From Chrysomallon squamiferum (Eukaryota > Animalia > Mollusca): a stretch of 64,000 nt of DNA. Below, one piece after another: positions 20,801 through 32,948 of the stretch. Within the stretch, counting starts at the first letter, position 1. The number at the start of each line of letters is the position of its first letter. The position numbers and the translations under genes are program-made. The DNA lies in the NCBI GenBank assembly GCA_012295275.1, contig CM022672.1, positions 5,828,001 through 5,892,000 on the forward strand. The letters are read 5' to 3'. The notes under the pieces were generated by a model. That model made no database searches and was not told where the DNA came from. It saw only the letters and a program-made list of their open reading frames with translations.

Positions 20801-21177
20801 ACCCAATTATTTCATTTGTACCTGTTTCTTCACTTGTTAAACACATTGCACCCATGAGGTCTTTCATGAATTTTCAACTTCCATGTGCTTTACAGCTTTT
20901 GAATCTACGATCATTTCAGCCAAGTAAGAACAGTTTTGTCACTGCTCTGTTGATTGTGCACCACACTGGATTGGACTGCAGCTTTCAGGAATTGCCAGAG
21001 AATAAAAACAGTTGTAAATCTGTTGAGAAATTAAACCTTGCAATGTTTGATGGCGTAAAGATAGTGTCTGCAACTGAAATGAATTTGAGTGGTGTACATA
21101 AGAAAAAAGCAGCAAGTTTGAATGAAGAAACAATTCCACCCATGGAAATACAAACTTACAAAGTTATTTTAAAATAA
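17806..21177 (+). CDS. MAN2A: Golgi alpha-mannosidase II-like (GH38), type II membrane protein, intronless, 1123 aa
   Basis: Single ORF. The first ATG is at 17806 (the track start at 17785 is GTG) and is followed by a short basic tail and a TM helix (SIIVCFIACLILNVFLCLWVYLIA). GH38 motifs: HSHQDPGW (Zn ligands), WSIDEFG (nucleophile Asp), GDDFR (acid/base), YWTGYFTSRP, QHHDAITGT, SGAYIF, LDRRLMQDD. Confidence 0.95.
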   Translation: MGFRRKSIIVCFIACLILNVFLCLWVYLIAESQLEATVIIQHETHVAKSWGFGFIKESCQLYHVPRYNDQSEQRIMENRTEMEFFEPGEGTCSIQLAAEMHHVDIQMEKEWDKIHTGYPQYVYTVSGWKQVIDIPSYKVKGHDRPLQVIIVPHSHQDPGWLHTSDSYFTTYTRETLSLAVSKLKSHPHWKFIWAEVLFLARWWKQASSKEKDNLKTLVNNGQFEVVTGGWVVSDEATEHYESMLGQLIEGHQWLLKTLGRVPTNAWSIDEFGYSPTMPYMLKRSGLENIVIQRVHYSVKKHLASSLNLEFYWKQVWDGKNKTDIFTHMMPFLSYNIPSSCGPDLFICCQFDFSRKKCTLGQKKIPLATVTKENVASLSRKLWEQFQKKAQLFRSNVLLVPHGDDFRYSDSSEWDNQLGNMEKLMTYMNEAKTMHIIVKFGTLSDYFDALKNDKQHISEDLRRFPSLSGDFFPYNDRDDQYWTGYFTSRPFLKHIARILQSRLRLAEILYSLSLVEALRTRSNWFSFLENKYENLVSDRQALALFQHHDAITGTSKASVVKNYASILHTALKDINSLLAAVITFFMLKSSSQTAGESLMMLTELSLFPNKPPEKIVNDVTDKKIVVVSNPLTVHRNDVVSVKVSNPYLRVIESISGKGVLYQINPVFNRKKDWEPNLYEVLFAVSLAPLSLKTYILMPVVEKTQDVFSKVLMINKELIDVNSIFSISVAGAEVTETEIHNNYLKASFSTCTGLLKYVQRKADKSNVNVQMKFVTYGTGSWKNPYKDKSGAYIFLPDGPAKETNLLYPSMFVVSGSVSSSVYTVLQGVVQKVTLHNVEGPLSSAVLVDNDVDIGSSTWDNKELVMKLETDINNSDGTFCVDLNGFQMHRKKRRSKMKIQGNFHPLTSSAFVEDLARGERLTLLAGEAHGVASLDVGWLEVVLDRRLMQDDWRGLGEGVKDNEATPSRFIIVIENMTSSRHSDIAACFLSMLSNILSQYLNNPIISFVPVSSLVKHIAPMRSFMNFQLPCALQLLNLRSFQPSKNSFVTALLIVHHTGLDCSFQELPENKNSCKSVEKLNLAMFDGVKIVSATEMNLSGVHKKKAASLNEETIPPMEIQTYKVILK

Positions 21178-24100
21178 TCTCTTTTATCATCATCATCATC
21201 ATCATCATTTTTGTTATTTTTGAATTATACATAAGTGTTACTGGTATTTTAAGAAATATTTGCAATGTGGTATGAATCATGTTGATTATGCATCTCATAG
21301 TATTATTCAACAGCATATATCATTTAACAAATAAACATTCATAATTACCAGAATTTAATTTCAGTAAAAAAAATTCTGTTAAATTTTAACACAGATTTGA
21401 TTTTTAAAGAAGAGATGATTATTTTTACATATCACTATAGTTTAGATTTGTTTTATGAAGAAAAATTAAACAATGATTTTTAACCAGTTTTATTTAGTCT
21501 TTTGATTCTTTTTTTTTTTTTTTTTCCCCTAAATTCATTAAGAATAATAATAAAAAAAAAATGATGAAAAATAAATAGGATCTTTGTTTGAAAAGTATTA
21601 ACATAATTTTAAACCTTTTTAATTTTTTTCCCCCTGTTCCACCTAAATGAGATAGGATCTTTGTTGAAAAGTACTATAAATTTCAGTTTCTCTTTAGTAT
21701 CTAAGGAGGATTAAAAAATCCATAACAACATTGTGAAGTTCAAATATCTTGGGCAGTGTTAAAAATGCAGTTAACTAGATTAATACAAAATCCAGTCACA
21801 ACTTCTGCAACCAGCTTTGCTCTGAAGATTTCCTGCACAGGTTTTAATCCTGAATGGCATTTAATATTACTTGTTTTTGTTTCTTCCTTTTGGTTTATTT
21901 GGCAACAGATTAGAAACAAATATTTCCTAATATGTTATATTTTTACCCTTTAAGTATTTTAGAACTTTTAATTTTTACATTTTTTAAAATACAAATGCAC
22001 ATTTTTGATAGTTTAATTCTTCTTTTGTTATTGGATCACCTGTAATTATTATAATATATATATATTTTTTTATTGTTATGACACTTTCATAACAACTGAT
22101 ATGTCAACTGACAATTTGTCTTTGTAATAAAATTTCTAAAGCCTCAGGTTACAGAAACATACAGATATGCATATTGAGTAATAGGGAGTCTGTGTATGCA
22201 TGTCTGTCTGTGGGTTTGTATGTATGTACATGGACATGAACTCATAAAAGACTTCACTTTATTTTATTTCTTTATTTCTGCATTGCATTATAATTCATGT
22301 CCTGAGTTTTTATAATAATTACGCACATTTTAACATTTGAGTTTGCATGAGTTTTATTTTGTACTACACATTTTTGTCTTTTTCAAGTCACCTCTAATTA
22401 CAACTCTTTAAAAAATTATTCTTATAAAACCACATATCTTCTTAATGATTATGATATGATGTTTAAAGGTATTAGTAGTGTAAAGTATTGTTTTTACACT
22501 TATTAGTTTTATATTCTACATGTGAGTATGCCATTTACAGGTTGAATTTTGCAAAGTCAACTTTCCAAATCCCACAAAGTCCCAACACTTGTCTACGGCT
22601 CAGCAAATTCCCATCCTATGCAACAGTCCCATTAACTGGTATTGTTTTCACTCGAGTTTTAAAAAAGTGCTTCTTTCTGTGCAGTGCAGTGCAGATCCAT
22701 GCCATGTGCTTTGATTGTTTAACATTTGTATACATTATTATACCATTTAATAGTCAAAATGTGGCTCCAAATCACCTCAGTGGCACTGTTCCAAAAGTCT
22801 GCAAATTCTATTAACTAGCATGGTGCTGGTTCTAGTGATACTGAGTTTGGGAAGTTCAATCTGTATTAAGGCTTAAAATACATTGGAAAGCTTTCAAATT
22901 TTGATTCCAAGAAGATATTCTGGTGTAGGCTAAGAAAATGAAAGTTTGTTTTAATGATAATAAATGAAAAAACAAAAACAAGTCTGATGTTAATCATCCT
23001 TTTCAATGATTAGTTTTAAATAAAAATTTATGAAAATAAAAATGTTAAGACTTCTTTTGCACAGAAAGTGGCAGTGGAAAGCCAAAGTTACTTTAGGATA
23101 AAATGGATTATTAAAAAACATACTGTCTGTTATGAGTGACTTTGTTGCCTGCACAACCTTGCTTGTAGAGATTATGTTACTATTAAGGATGGCTGGAATG
23201 TGTTCTGTACACATATATGCAACTGTTTTATTTGTTTCTTGTTTAATTTTATCTGTATGATCTGAACAGTTTGCCTTTGTATATTTTGAATACTTCCAGT
23301 TAGGAATTTCTTTTCCTCTTTTGCTAATAATAAAGTACGACTTGAAAACGTGTAATTTTAAGAGGCCACTGTCGTGCATTACTTAGAAATGTAAATAAAT
23401 TGATTTGGCAGTCTTGCTTTTCTTTTTTACTTTCACAGACTTGGAGAAAATCACTGAACAAATTGCCAATTTTATCAGCTTCTTTGAATTTCTGTGAACA
23501 TGTCACTGAAAAATATTTTGTCAAAGACAGGTGTCTAGAGTTTAAATTGTTAGCTGGAAGTGTAAAAAATAAACAGGCTATTTATAGGAATTATCACAAA
23601 TAGTATATACACTTTAAAATCAGTATTATATATATTATATGTGAAGTGTTTTTATTTGTATAATTATTATTATCCTTCACTTCTTTTTATTTTTTCCTGT
23701 TATGCAATTATATTGGTATGTACATATATGCAGCATTGTTTTCTTTTTCTTCCTTTCTTTATTTGGCAATAAATGTTTTTAATGTTCTAAAAATGTTTCA
23801 TTCAGTTTGTTAATCTACAATACCTATAACACCTATATCACAACGTCAGTTCTGTTCATTGTACACATTGGGATACATCCCATTCTAATCATTGTCTCAT
23901 TAACTGATAAAGCAAATTGTTAATATTGCAGACTGGTCTTGGTACTTATTTCACAAGGTGTTATGGCTATTTTTAAACATACAATTTTTTTTTTTTTTTT
24001 TTTTTTTTGCATAACCTGGTTATTAATAATTTGATTATTATTTTCTTTTTCTTCTTCTTATGTTTATCCTCGTATTTTATAAGCAGATGGATTTAAATTA

Positions 24101-24199
24101 TGTTATTGTCCAATTTTATTTATTTACAGTTTGTAATATATATTTGGTTAGAGACCAGTTTTATTTAAAAACACTAGTTTCTTTTCTTTAAATTTCAGA

Positions 24200-24460
24200 A
24201 AGTTATGAAGACCATTCTAGAATCAACAGACTTTAGAACATATTAAATAGATATATCAAAACATCAGGATGTCTTGGTGAAGGTCTCAGTAAAGAGCAAT
24301 TAAGAACCTTGGTCCAGAAAAATGGATATTACTAGATTTGAACATGGGAGGCCACTGGGTTAGAACAAGGAAGAGAAATGGATTAGAGAATTGCCCTGAG
24401 TAGGAGAGATTACTGGTACAAGATCAGAGAGAGGGAAATAACTGGTTTAGGCCTGGAACG
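24200..24460 (+). mobile_element. Degenerate non-LTR (RTE-like LINE) 3' fragment
   Basis: Broken-frame translation gives ..CLGE..FEHGRPLG/RTRKR/WI..LVQDQRE.., resembling the LINE ORF2 C-terminal 'WLGHV..GRRPxGRPRKRW..LAQDR' pattern, with stops and frameshifts. Confidence 0.35.
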
Positions 24461-24836
24461 GAATAAAAGAGAGAACTCACATGACCACATCAGAATGTTA
24501 ACAGCAAATTTGATGTGAGCTAATATTATGTTTTTCAGTTTCAGTTTGATACATTCAAGGATTATTGCCAGATAATTGTATTTTATAGTCACATGACAGT
24601 TTCCAGTGATCGATGTAGTTTAAGTATGTACAAAGTCTCATTTCAGTGAGTTTTTGAAATGTTGTGAAAATGTATGTAACCTTCTAAACTAACTCATATT
24701 GATTATGATAAGGAAATATAATTATGAGAGTGAGAGAGAAATGGTGAGAGAAAGAAAGATGAAAAGCATTCCCTTAAAAATAGTCCTATACATATATTAC
24801 TTTAAAAATTATAATTAAGATAAATATATTTTTCAG

Positions 24837-27337
24837 AACAGAAAATCTGCACTTATTTGGTGAGCATGTTCTGCAATGCTCTGTTTACATTTCACATGGT
24901 ATTCATGATGATGGCAACAATCTTGTACTGCAGTATGTATGTGCTCTTCTTAACTCTGGTGGTGGCATCTTGCAGATGAAGAATGTTCAGTATGAGACAC
25001 TTTTGTCTAAAGATCTGGATACATGGTGGAGTGGCATGGAATGCAACTTTGCTACCATCCTGTCTGGCGATGACATCTGCAATTATTTTGACTTCATTGG
25101 CAACTTTGATGATCCTAACATCTATCTTTTTGTGAAATCTGCTGAACATCTTTGTACGGTGGATTACCACTGTCGTCTGCCAACTGAAACAGCTACTCAC
25201 GATGTTACTTACCAGTCAGTTGTCAAACTCATCACAAGACTGGGAGACACTGGAACACTTGCAGATCTGCCAGCCATACCATCAGAGTTCCATTTCAGGA
25301 AGACAGAAGATGTGTTAAAACAGGAAGGCAAACAGATTCAGTTTAAACATGTCACTGCCAACTCTTTGACATCAAAGTCTGTACCTGATAAAATTCAACA
25401 GTGTGTCACTCGCTATATTTCTGCTTTTGCGAACCATGAAGGCGGCCATATTTATTTTGGTATTGAAGATTCTCAGGCTCTTGTTATGGGTGAAATAATG
25501 TCACATCGTGATCAGGAAAAAACTGGTAAATATTTATTTACATGAAGTATATTCTTAAATGAGTAAACGTTTGTTAAACATGAAATAGATTATAAGATTA
25601 TAAAAACTAAAATAAAAAGATGACAGTATATTAACAGAAACTTGTACTAAAATGAACAGGTAACAATTTATCGATAGGTTCTGAGGTAACATTAAGAAAT
25701 ATACCAAAACAAAATATATTAAAAGTGACTTCTAAAAGAAATAGATTATTAATGGATGATATTGTTATTGTTGGTATTACTACGAAAATGTACCGATGCA
25801 CTGTCTATGGAAATTTTCATTTTTTGATATTTTGTTATTTACATACTATTATACTCATATTAGAAAACTTGTACAGAAGTTTGTGTTTTCAGTTCGTGGT
25901 ATAGAGAAGAAAATGAAGAGTTTTATATGGGGAAGCACATCATTGAAAGCGGAAAGAGGCAAACATTGGGACATTAAATTCTTTTTGGTGAAAGATTGCT
26001 GGCCTGTATGTTTTATGTTTTTCAAGAAATATTTTATTATATTACACTTTACATATAAGTATACACACATAACTATCAAAATAATGAGATATTAAGATCA
26101 GTAAGTTTTAATATCAATAAAATGTAATAATATGAGTATGTTTGTTAACTGAAAAAAACTTTAAAACTATCTAAAGTTCATTAATATTTGTTATAAATTG
26201 ATAAAAAAATAGGACTGGCATGTCAGAATCTGGGGCTATCAGAACTTTTGAGTGAATGTCAGCAAAATGGAATTTGACTAGGGTGTTGAAATCCTTGCTT
26301 TATCTGTCGCCCATAAACAGTGGCTATCAACACAGTTCCCACTTAAAAGGTAGAAAAATATGTTTCAAAATTTAACTAGATTGGATTTTTCTGTGTTCCA
26401 GGATAGAAGAGTGGTTGTCGTGGTTTCAGTTTGTAAGTTTCCTGGAGGAGTATTCACTTCCTGTCCTGAAAGTTTCCATGTTAATGAGAAAGGGCAAGTG
26501 GAAAATTTTACCTTTGAAGAGTGGAGAGATCTTCATTTTGCAGCTGTCAGAGGTATATCCAGATGTCATTTTGCTGTGGTTTTTAACATCTGTTTTCATG
26601 CACAATGAAATTTATTAAATTATTAAAACTATTATATATTGAAAGTTTATTAAAACTGAATTTAATCTGTACCTGCAAACAAAATAGTTCAGCTGTGTTT
26701 TGTATATCTCCAATAGTCTGTTGATAAACACACACATAAGAGATGCTTGGAGAAGTTAGTCATATTCTCATATACAGAAAGATCTGATTAATTATTACAT
26801 ATGGTAATTTTGCCATGATTTTTTCACTATTGCTAAAATAAAAAATTTACTTTAAAACAGGAAATCTGTACATCATCATCGTCGTTTTTATTTATTGTTA
26901 TTGTTATTGTAATGATATTATTACGCTTGTTTTGTTTTGTTTTTGTGATCTAATATTTAATATTTGATATTCATTTATTTTTCAGATAAACCTCAGCTTC
27001 ATGCACGATTTCTCAAACTAGCAATAAATACTCCTCAGTCTCGCCTGGTATTCACACTCCCTCACACAGTTCACAGTATCAAACACAAAGTACTCAAGTG
27101 TGAGTATAAATATAAGTGAATTAAACTGTGACTTAACAACTGGAGATTTAATCTGGATGCATATATGTGGGGGTATGTATATGGGTGTGTATGTGGTCTT
27201 TTGTGTGGGTGTTTTTAGGATAGAATATTCTCTGCCAGATATATGTTTTTATGTATGTTTATATGTATATTTTTATGTATGTATGTAGATAGGTAGGTAG
27301 GTAGGTAGGTAGGTAGGTATGTAGGTAGGTAGGTAGG

Positions 27338-27372
<35 letters not shown>

Positions 27373-29417
27373 GTGCATTGACAAGCACAATAAAAACCTA
27401 TAATGTAAAGAAAATAAAGAACTTAATGATGATAATGGTGATGACGACGACGACAACAAGAATAATAATAATAATAATAAACAAAATATGGAGAATATCC
27501 ACACTATAAAGTTTTAACCGCAGTTCATTTTGTTTTCAGATTCTTCTGGATTCAACCTCCAGCCTAAATATGTTTTAGAAAATCTCTCTGAGCCAGCAGT
27601 TAAAACTGTAGTTAGAAATATATTATCAACATTCTCTGATGAACCTCATCTTGCTCTGGATATCCATTCTTTTGGAATTGACTTAGATTTACAATCTACC
27701 ACAACCAGTCATTTTGACATTCTCATACTCAGTCCACACTATGGCCTCCACATGGTCTCCATGACAACCAAACCAGCTAATGATAGTTCAATACTGACAT
27801 ACTGCAGATCACTGGCTTTTTCTTTGAAGAAAAAACTGGTGCATCATGGGGGATGTGTTGAAAGGTTTGGAATACAGATCCATATTGTTAATATTCACGA
27901 TCCTTTGTGCTTGGAAAATTTTCAGACCGAACTTGATAAAAACATTTTTCCAATGACATATGACAACAGCGATGTCGTGTTGGATAAGATCTTATCCAGT
28001 CTTGTTATAGCCATGTCTGCTTACAAACCACATGAAGCTGAAAGTAAAAATGAGGAATATTTCTTCCTTTTGACCTGCGACCAGTTCGAACTCTTATGGA
28101 ACTATCAGTTTATCAAGGAATTGTGGGTACATGGACCTCCCGGTTCAGGGAAGACTGTATCCTGCCTGTTGATGATCAAACACCTAACACAGCGAGGATG
28201 TCACCAAGAGGAAATTTTGTACATTGCAGAAAATGATTTACTGTGTGCTTATGTCAGGTAATAGCAAAATATATCATTATTTTTAAGTATAAGAGGCATG
28301 ATTAAATGACTTACATCAGCTCGTTAAGCATCATTCCATTTACTTGGGCCTTGGAGGGTCACAAAATAACCTTTCTTCTGTTTGACTGCAAATTTTCTCT
28401 CCTAGCCTATAAATGCACTATAATACTATAATTATTATTAATATGATAACACTACAAATATATTGTTTTGTATTTCATCATTAATTTTAGAATTTTGAAT
28501 TTTAAAATAAACCATTAACAGGTTTCAACAAAAAACCAAGCTCGACACCCACTATACTGTAAAACATTTGTACTATACTTGTACTGTTTTCTTTTTTTCA
28601 TTTTTCTTTCAGATCTTTTGATCTGTGTACAGTAGTAACTAGAAGAGAACTCATGTCTGATACTAAAGATCATTCAGAGACTGAAGGAAAATACAGCAAA
28701 ATCAAAAATGTTTTCATTGATGAAGCTCAGAACTTCAAAGACAGGGATGGAGACTGGTATTCATTGGCAGAAAAATTAGCCAATCAAAATGTGGATAATC
28801 AGTTTTCTCGTAACAGTGGTTATTTCTGGGTGTTCATGGATTATGCTCAGAAGGTTCACAAGTTTGAAGCTGGGCTGCCAAGTGTCATAGGAAAACACAA
28901 CTTCATGCTCAGTGAAATATCCCGAAACTCAAAAGAAATCTTTGAGTATGCTTCCAAATTCATGCAAACTTCCGATTCAAAAAATCTTGTTAAACCAAAT
29001 ATCAATAATCCTGTTGCTAAACTTGGCCATGATTACTCTACTGGGAAGGATGTTAGTATAATAAAATGTAGTCCTTCAGCGGTGAAGGACACTCTGCTCA
29101 AAGTTCTTGAAGGGTACACATCTGAAGGAATAAAACAAGAGGACATGGCAGTTCTGATGGGAAAGAAAAAGGATGCTGAGACTGTACGTGACACAGTTGT
29201 CACTGATTTAGACACAGGCAGTTCTGATACTGTAACCGTGGATACTGTAAGAAGGTTTAGTGGACTTGACAAACCAATCATCATTGGTTTGGATCCTCAC
29301 ATTAATGAGGATCATGCAGACTTCAACAAGTTTATTGTCAATCTGGCAACGCGAGCGAAAGATGGTTTGGTTATTATTACTACCTCAGATGCTCTGTTAA
29401 ACAAGCTCAAGGGTTAA
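24837..29417 (+). CDS. SLFN: Long-form Schlafen (SLFN5/11/13-like): Schlafen/AlbA_2 core, SWADL-like linker and SF1 helicase/ATPase; >860 aa, first coding exon not located
   Basis: Exons 24837(or 24842)-25525, 25893-26005, 26402-26552, 26986-27099, 27540-28257, 28613-29417 join in frame. Motifs: CALLNSGGG, IYLFVKS, EGKQIQFK, YISAFANHEGGHIYFGIED, VFTSCPESF, SFGIDL, LLTCDQFELL, Walker A HGPPGSGKT, Walker B FIDEAQNF, GDWY, WVFMDYAQ, SRNSKEI, DTVRRFSGL, LATRAK. Confidence 0.92.
27276..27370. repeat. (GTAT)/(GTAG)n plus (GT)n compound microsatellite in a Schlafen intron
   Basis: Directly visible. Confidence 0.9.
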
Positions 29418-32400
29418 TTGTTAGGTTTTGTAATTACATATATATATATATATAATATCTTATTCATCTTTTCAAACTGACATGAAATCTCAGCTTGTTT
29501 TATTTGCATAATAATTTTACCAGTACATGACAGTTTATTGAACTCTTAAAATTTGGTTCCAAGTTTATTGAATATTTTAACATAACCTTTTCTTCAGTCT
29601 GTGTTATATCACCTTTTATAATTATACTTTTTTTATATCTACATACTGAAATTTTCCATTATTTTAATTACATTATTCTAGTGTTTTTACTTAAATCAAT
29701 ACAGTATTTCCACATCTCATTATAAAGTTTTTATTTTACTATTTGCTACATTTTACTGGGTTTTTCCTTTTTTTATAATTTAATATGTGCAACATATTTT
29801 CAAAAATGCACATGAATAAATTCTTATCAAAGAAAAAAGTATCCTGTTATTTTATCATAAATAAAAACTTTAAGTTGAGCATTCAGATGCTGCAGATATA
29901 TCTCATTATCATTATTATACTGACTTCTAAATTTTTGTCTGGAATATAAAGAATTCTTCACTGATACTAGGTTTCCATCCTTTACAAAGAACTTTAAGAG
30001 GCTTTTTTTTACTTTTTATCTTCTTTTTTTTATTGTTTGTAAGTTAGAAAACATTGCTTCTTCAATGAACAAATTAGAAAACTGAATCCATTCTTTGAAT
30101 TTAATTCTTGGCTGCCATGTATTTTACAAATGGTAAATGGTTAAAGGAGACTAATTTTTTTTTTTTTTTAAAAAAGGAAAAAAAGAAAATGGCCCATTTT
30201 ATTTGTTCATCCTGTTATATTCAAATGAAGATATGCGATTAATATACCATGGTAACTCCTGCTAGTAGAAAAGGTACATCAAACCAGCCACTGACAACTG
30301 CAGTGTATTAAAGTCCAGGAATACTTGCAAATGGCTCTAATCCATGATAGAATTTACAGCCATTAAGATACATCTCCAACCATAAAAATTTTGAAATTAA
30401 AAACAAAACAAAAATCCAGGACAAAGCCTTTAATATTTCACAGAAATCTGTGAATGAAAATATTAAAAATAATGTTAAAGCATTTCAATGACATTATAGC
30501 ACTCAGTATACAAAACCATTCACAAAATACAAATTAATAAACAATGTTCAAATTATGACCATTAGCAATGTCATAATTAATACAAAAATGAAGAAGAATA
30601 TTTTCCAATTTTGATCCTATGAAAACTGTCAGGTATAATAAAAACTAAGTATGAACCTGCTTGATTTGACAATGTGCAGGTACAACAAAAAGAAAATTAC
30701 ATAAGTTTATTTTCATATTGCAGTATTTATCTCAAAAAAAAAAAAGACAGATAAATTCTTTTAAATAACCATATTAAATAAATTATATTAAATCTTTGCC
30801 TGCCCAATAAGGTACACCTTACATAATGTACATACATGTACATTCAAAGCCAATTTAAAAATATATATATTGTACATCCATAAAATTACAAAAATTATTT
30901 TTAATAATGTACATTTTTGCATTATACTTGGTAGGGTTTTCTGGGATATTTGGAGAGATGTGTAGTGAGATGCTGTAAAGCTTCCACTTTGATTATAGGA
31001 AGACATGCTCAATGACTGCAAGAAAGCATAGCTTGAGCAGCTTAAGCCTCAGTAATGGATTGTCAAAATTTATATAATATGAAATCAAAAGTCCCTTGAA
31101 ACTATTTAAAACAATTTTATTTTTTCGTAACAAGTAGTTTACAATTGCTGAATTCAACAACTTTTTAATAAAATGTTGATGAGTATTACACAAAAATATT
31201 TACCCAATAAAAAGTGAACAGACCCATCCAAGCATGTGCACACACACATACTATTTGTTATTTGACAATAATGGTGTATTAATATGAGAACAATTTGTAC
31301 ACAGTATTTAGAGATTTCACAGGAATCTGACAAACAAAAAATATAATAAAACTGTTTTATCCTGAAATCTGCATAAGAAACCAAAAACCAAATTTTTTTG
31401 TATAAATTACAAACTGTTGATCTATTTATAAGAATAAAGTATTAACCATCACCCTATTTCTCATCTAATGGTGCCTGAACCGTACACAGAAATTAAACCA
31501 TTACGTTTAGACAGCTAGGGAACTGTTATCTAATACTGAAAATAAAAATAGATGTATCAATTTTGTTTTAAGCATCTTTCAATGAAATTTAGTATAAAAT
31601 AAAGCAATGGCTATGGAATAACTATCACATTTATCAAAATTTCATGTTTCAAAAATAAATCTTTGTACATATACTTGCTATGTCAGACATGGACTAGACC
31701 TGCATTTTGTTGTCAATTTTTTTTATTTATTTTTAAATCTCTAATAGTTGTGATGTTTCTTCTCTTGGTCCATTCCTTTTTGACACAGAAAACTGAAGCA
31801 GGAACTTTGGTTTCTGTTATGGACACACTTTGCTTGATATATGCAGTTAGAGGTATGGTTTAGATTTATGGATCAAAGGTCAGGTAATCATAAGAAATCT
31901 TTCTGAGTTATGACATCTGAGGTACTGGCATGCAAACAGGAGTCTAACACTAAACTAACACATTGCTGGGCAATCAATAGCTTGACCATTACGTGCTCAC
32001 AGACTTTATTCCAAATATAAGTATTAGTTTGTAAAAAAACACAATCTACTTTTTGTTATTTGTTTGATCACAAAGTTTCATTTTTTATACATTTTTCTTT
32101 TCACTTTTTCCTTTTGAAAAACTAACATCTTTTGTTATGGTATGTACAAACTTATTTCTGATGCTGCAGTTCAAATTATGAAAATGTAAAACATGAACAA
32201 AAATCTACTACATAAATAGTGCGTAGTAAATTTAAAAAATTGCCAAAAGCAACAAAATATTAAAAAAATAAAAATGCAAAATATTACATTTTATAAACTG
32301 AATGGTTAGTTTCCTGATTAAAATTTTTTTATCCTTCTTTTTTGAAGTTTAAAACATTTAAATAAAACCACAAATCAAAAATAACCTGCAAAATCAGAAA

Positions 32401-32948
32401 ATAAAACAAAAATAAATGGAATGAATAAATTGCATAACAATATTGTAAGAAACTTGTTCTTATCATATTCTCAAAGACAAAAATTATGTTACTTGTACAC
32501 ATTGCAGGCTGTGAAATAAACTCTAAAAGGCACTGAAGTCTGACTAAAAGTTTGTGAAATTAGTTACTGTAACAAAAAGCCATCTCTGTGATCTGGCATC
32601 AATTCAGGGATCTTCATCAATATAAACAAATATTACTGGACTGCCGAGATCCAATGTATACCTAACATACTCAGAGTTTATTTCACATTCTGATATTGTT
32701 ATATTAATCTGCCAAAATATTACATTCCAGGACTTTAACAAAAACAACTAAAAGTAACAAAATTGTAAAAGCATACATCTAAATAATGAATTCATATTTT
32801 TCTGTAAAACATAAAAAAAAAAAAAAATAATAATAATAATAAAATTAAATGCAATATTTTCTTGTTCTGCAAATGAAATTTAATCCCATTATTGTGTAGA
32901 TAACATAGTATGGAAATATAGTAACATAGCATGAGCATGTTTGCAGAA

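Noticed and set aside
17930-21139. Overlapping and antisense ORFs within the mannosidase CDS
   Set aside because: Short shadow ORFs of a long coding sequence with no recognisable motifs.
29418-32948. Additional gene between Schlafen and STARD7
   Set aside because: Only short AT-rich ORFs without splice-consistent coding signal; compatible with convergent 3' UTRs.
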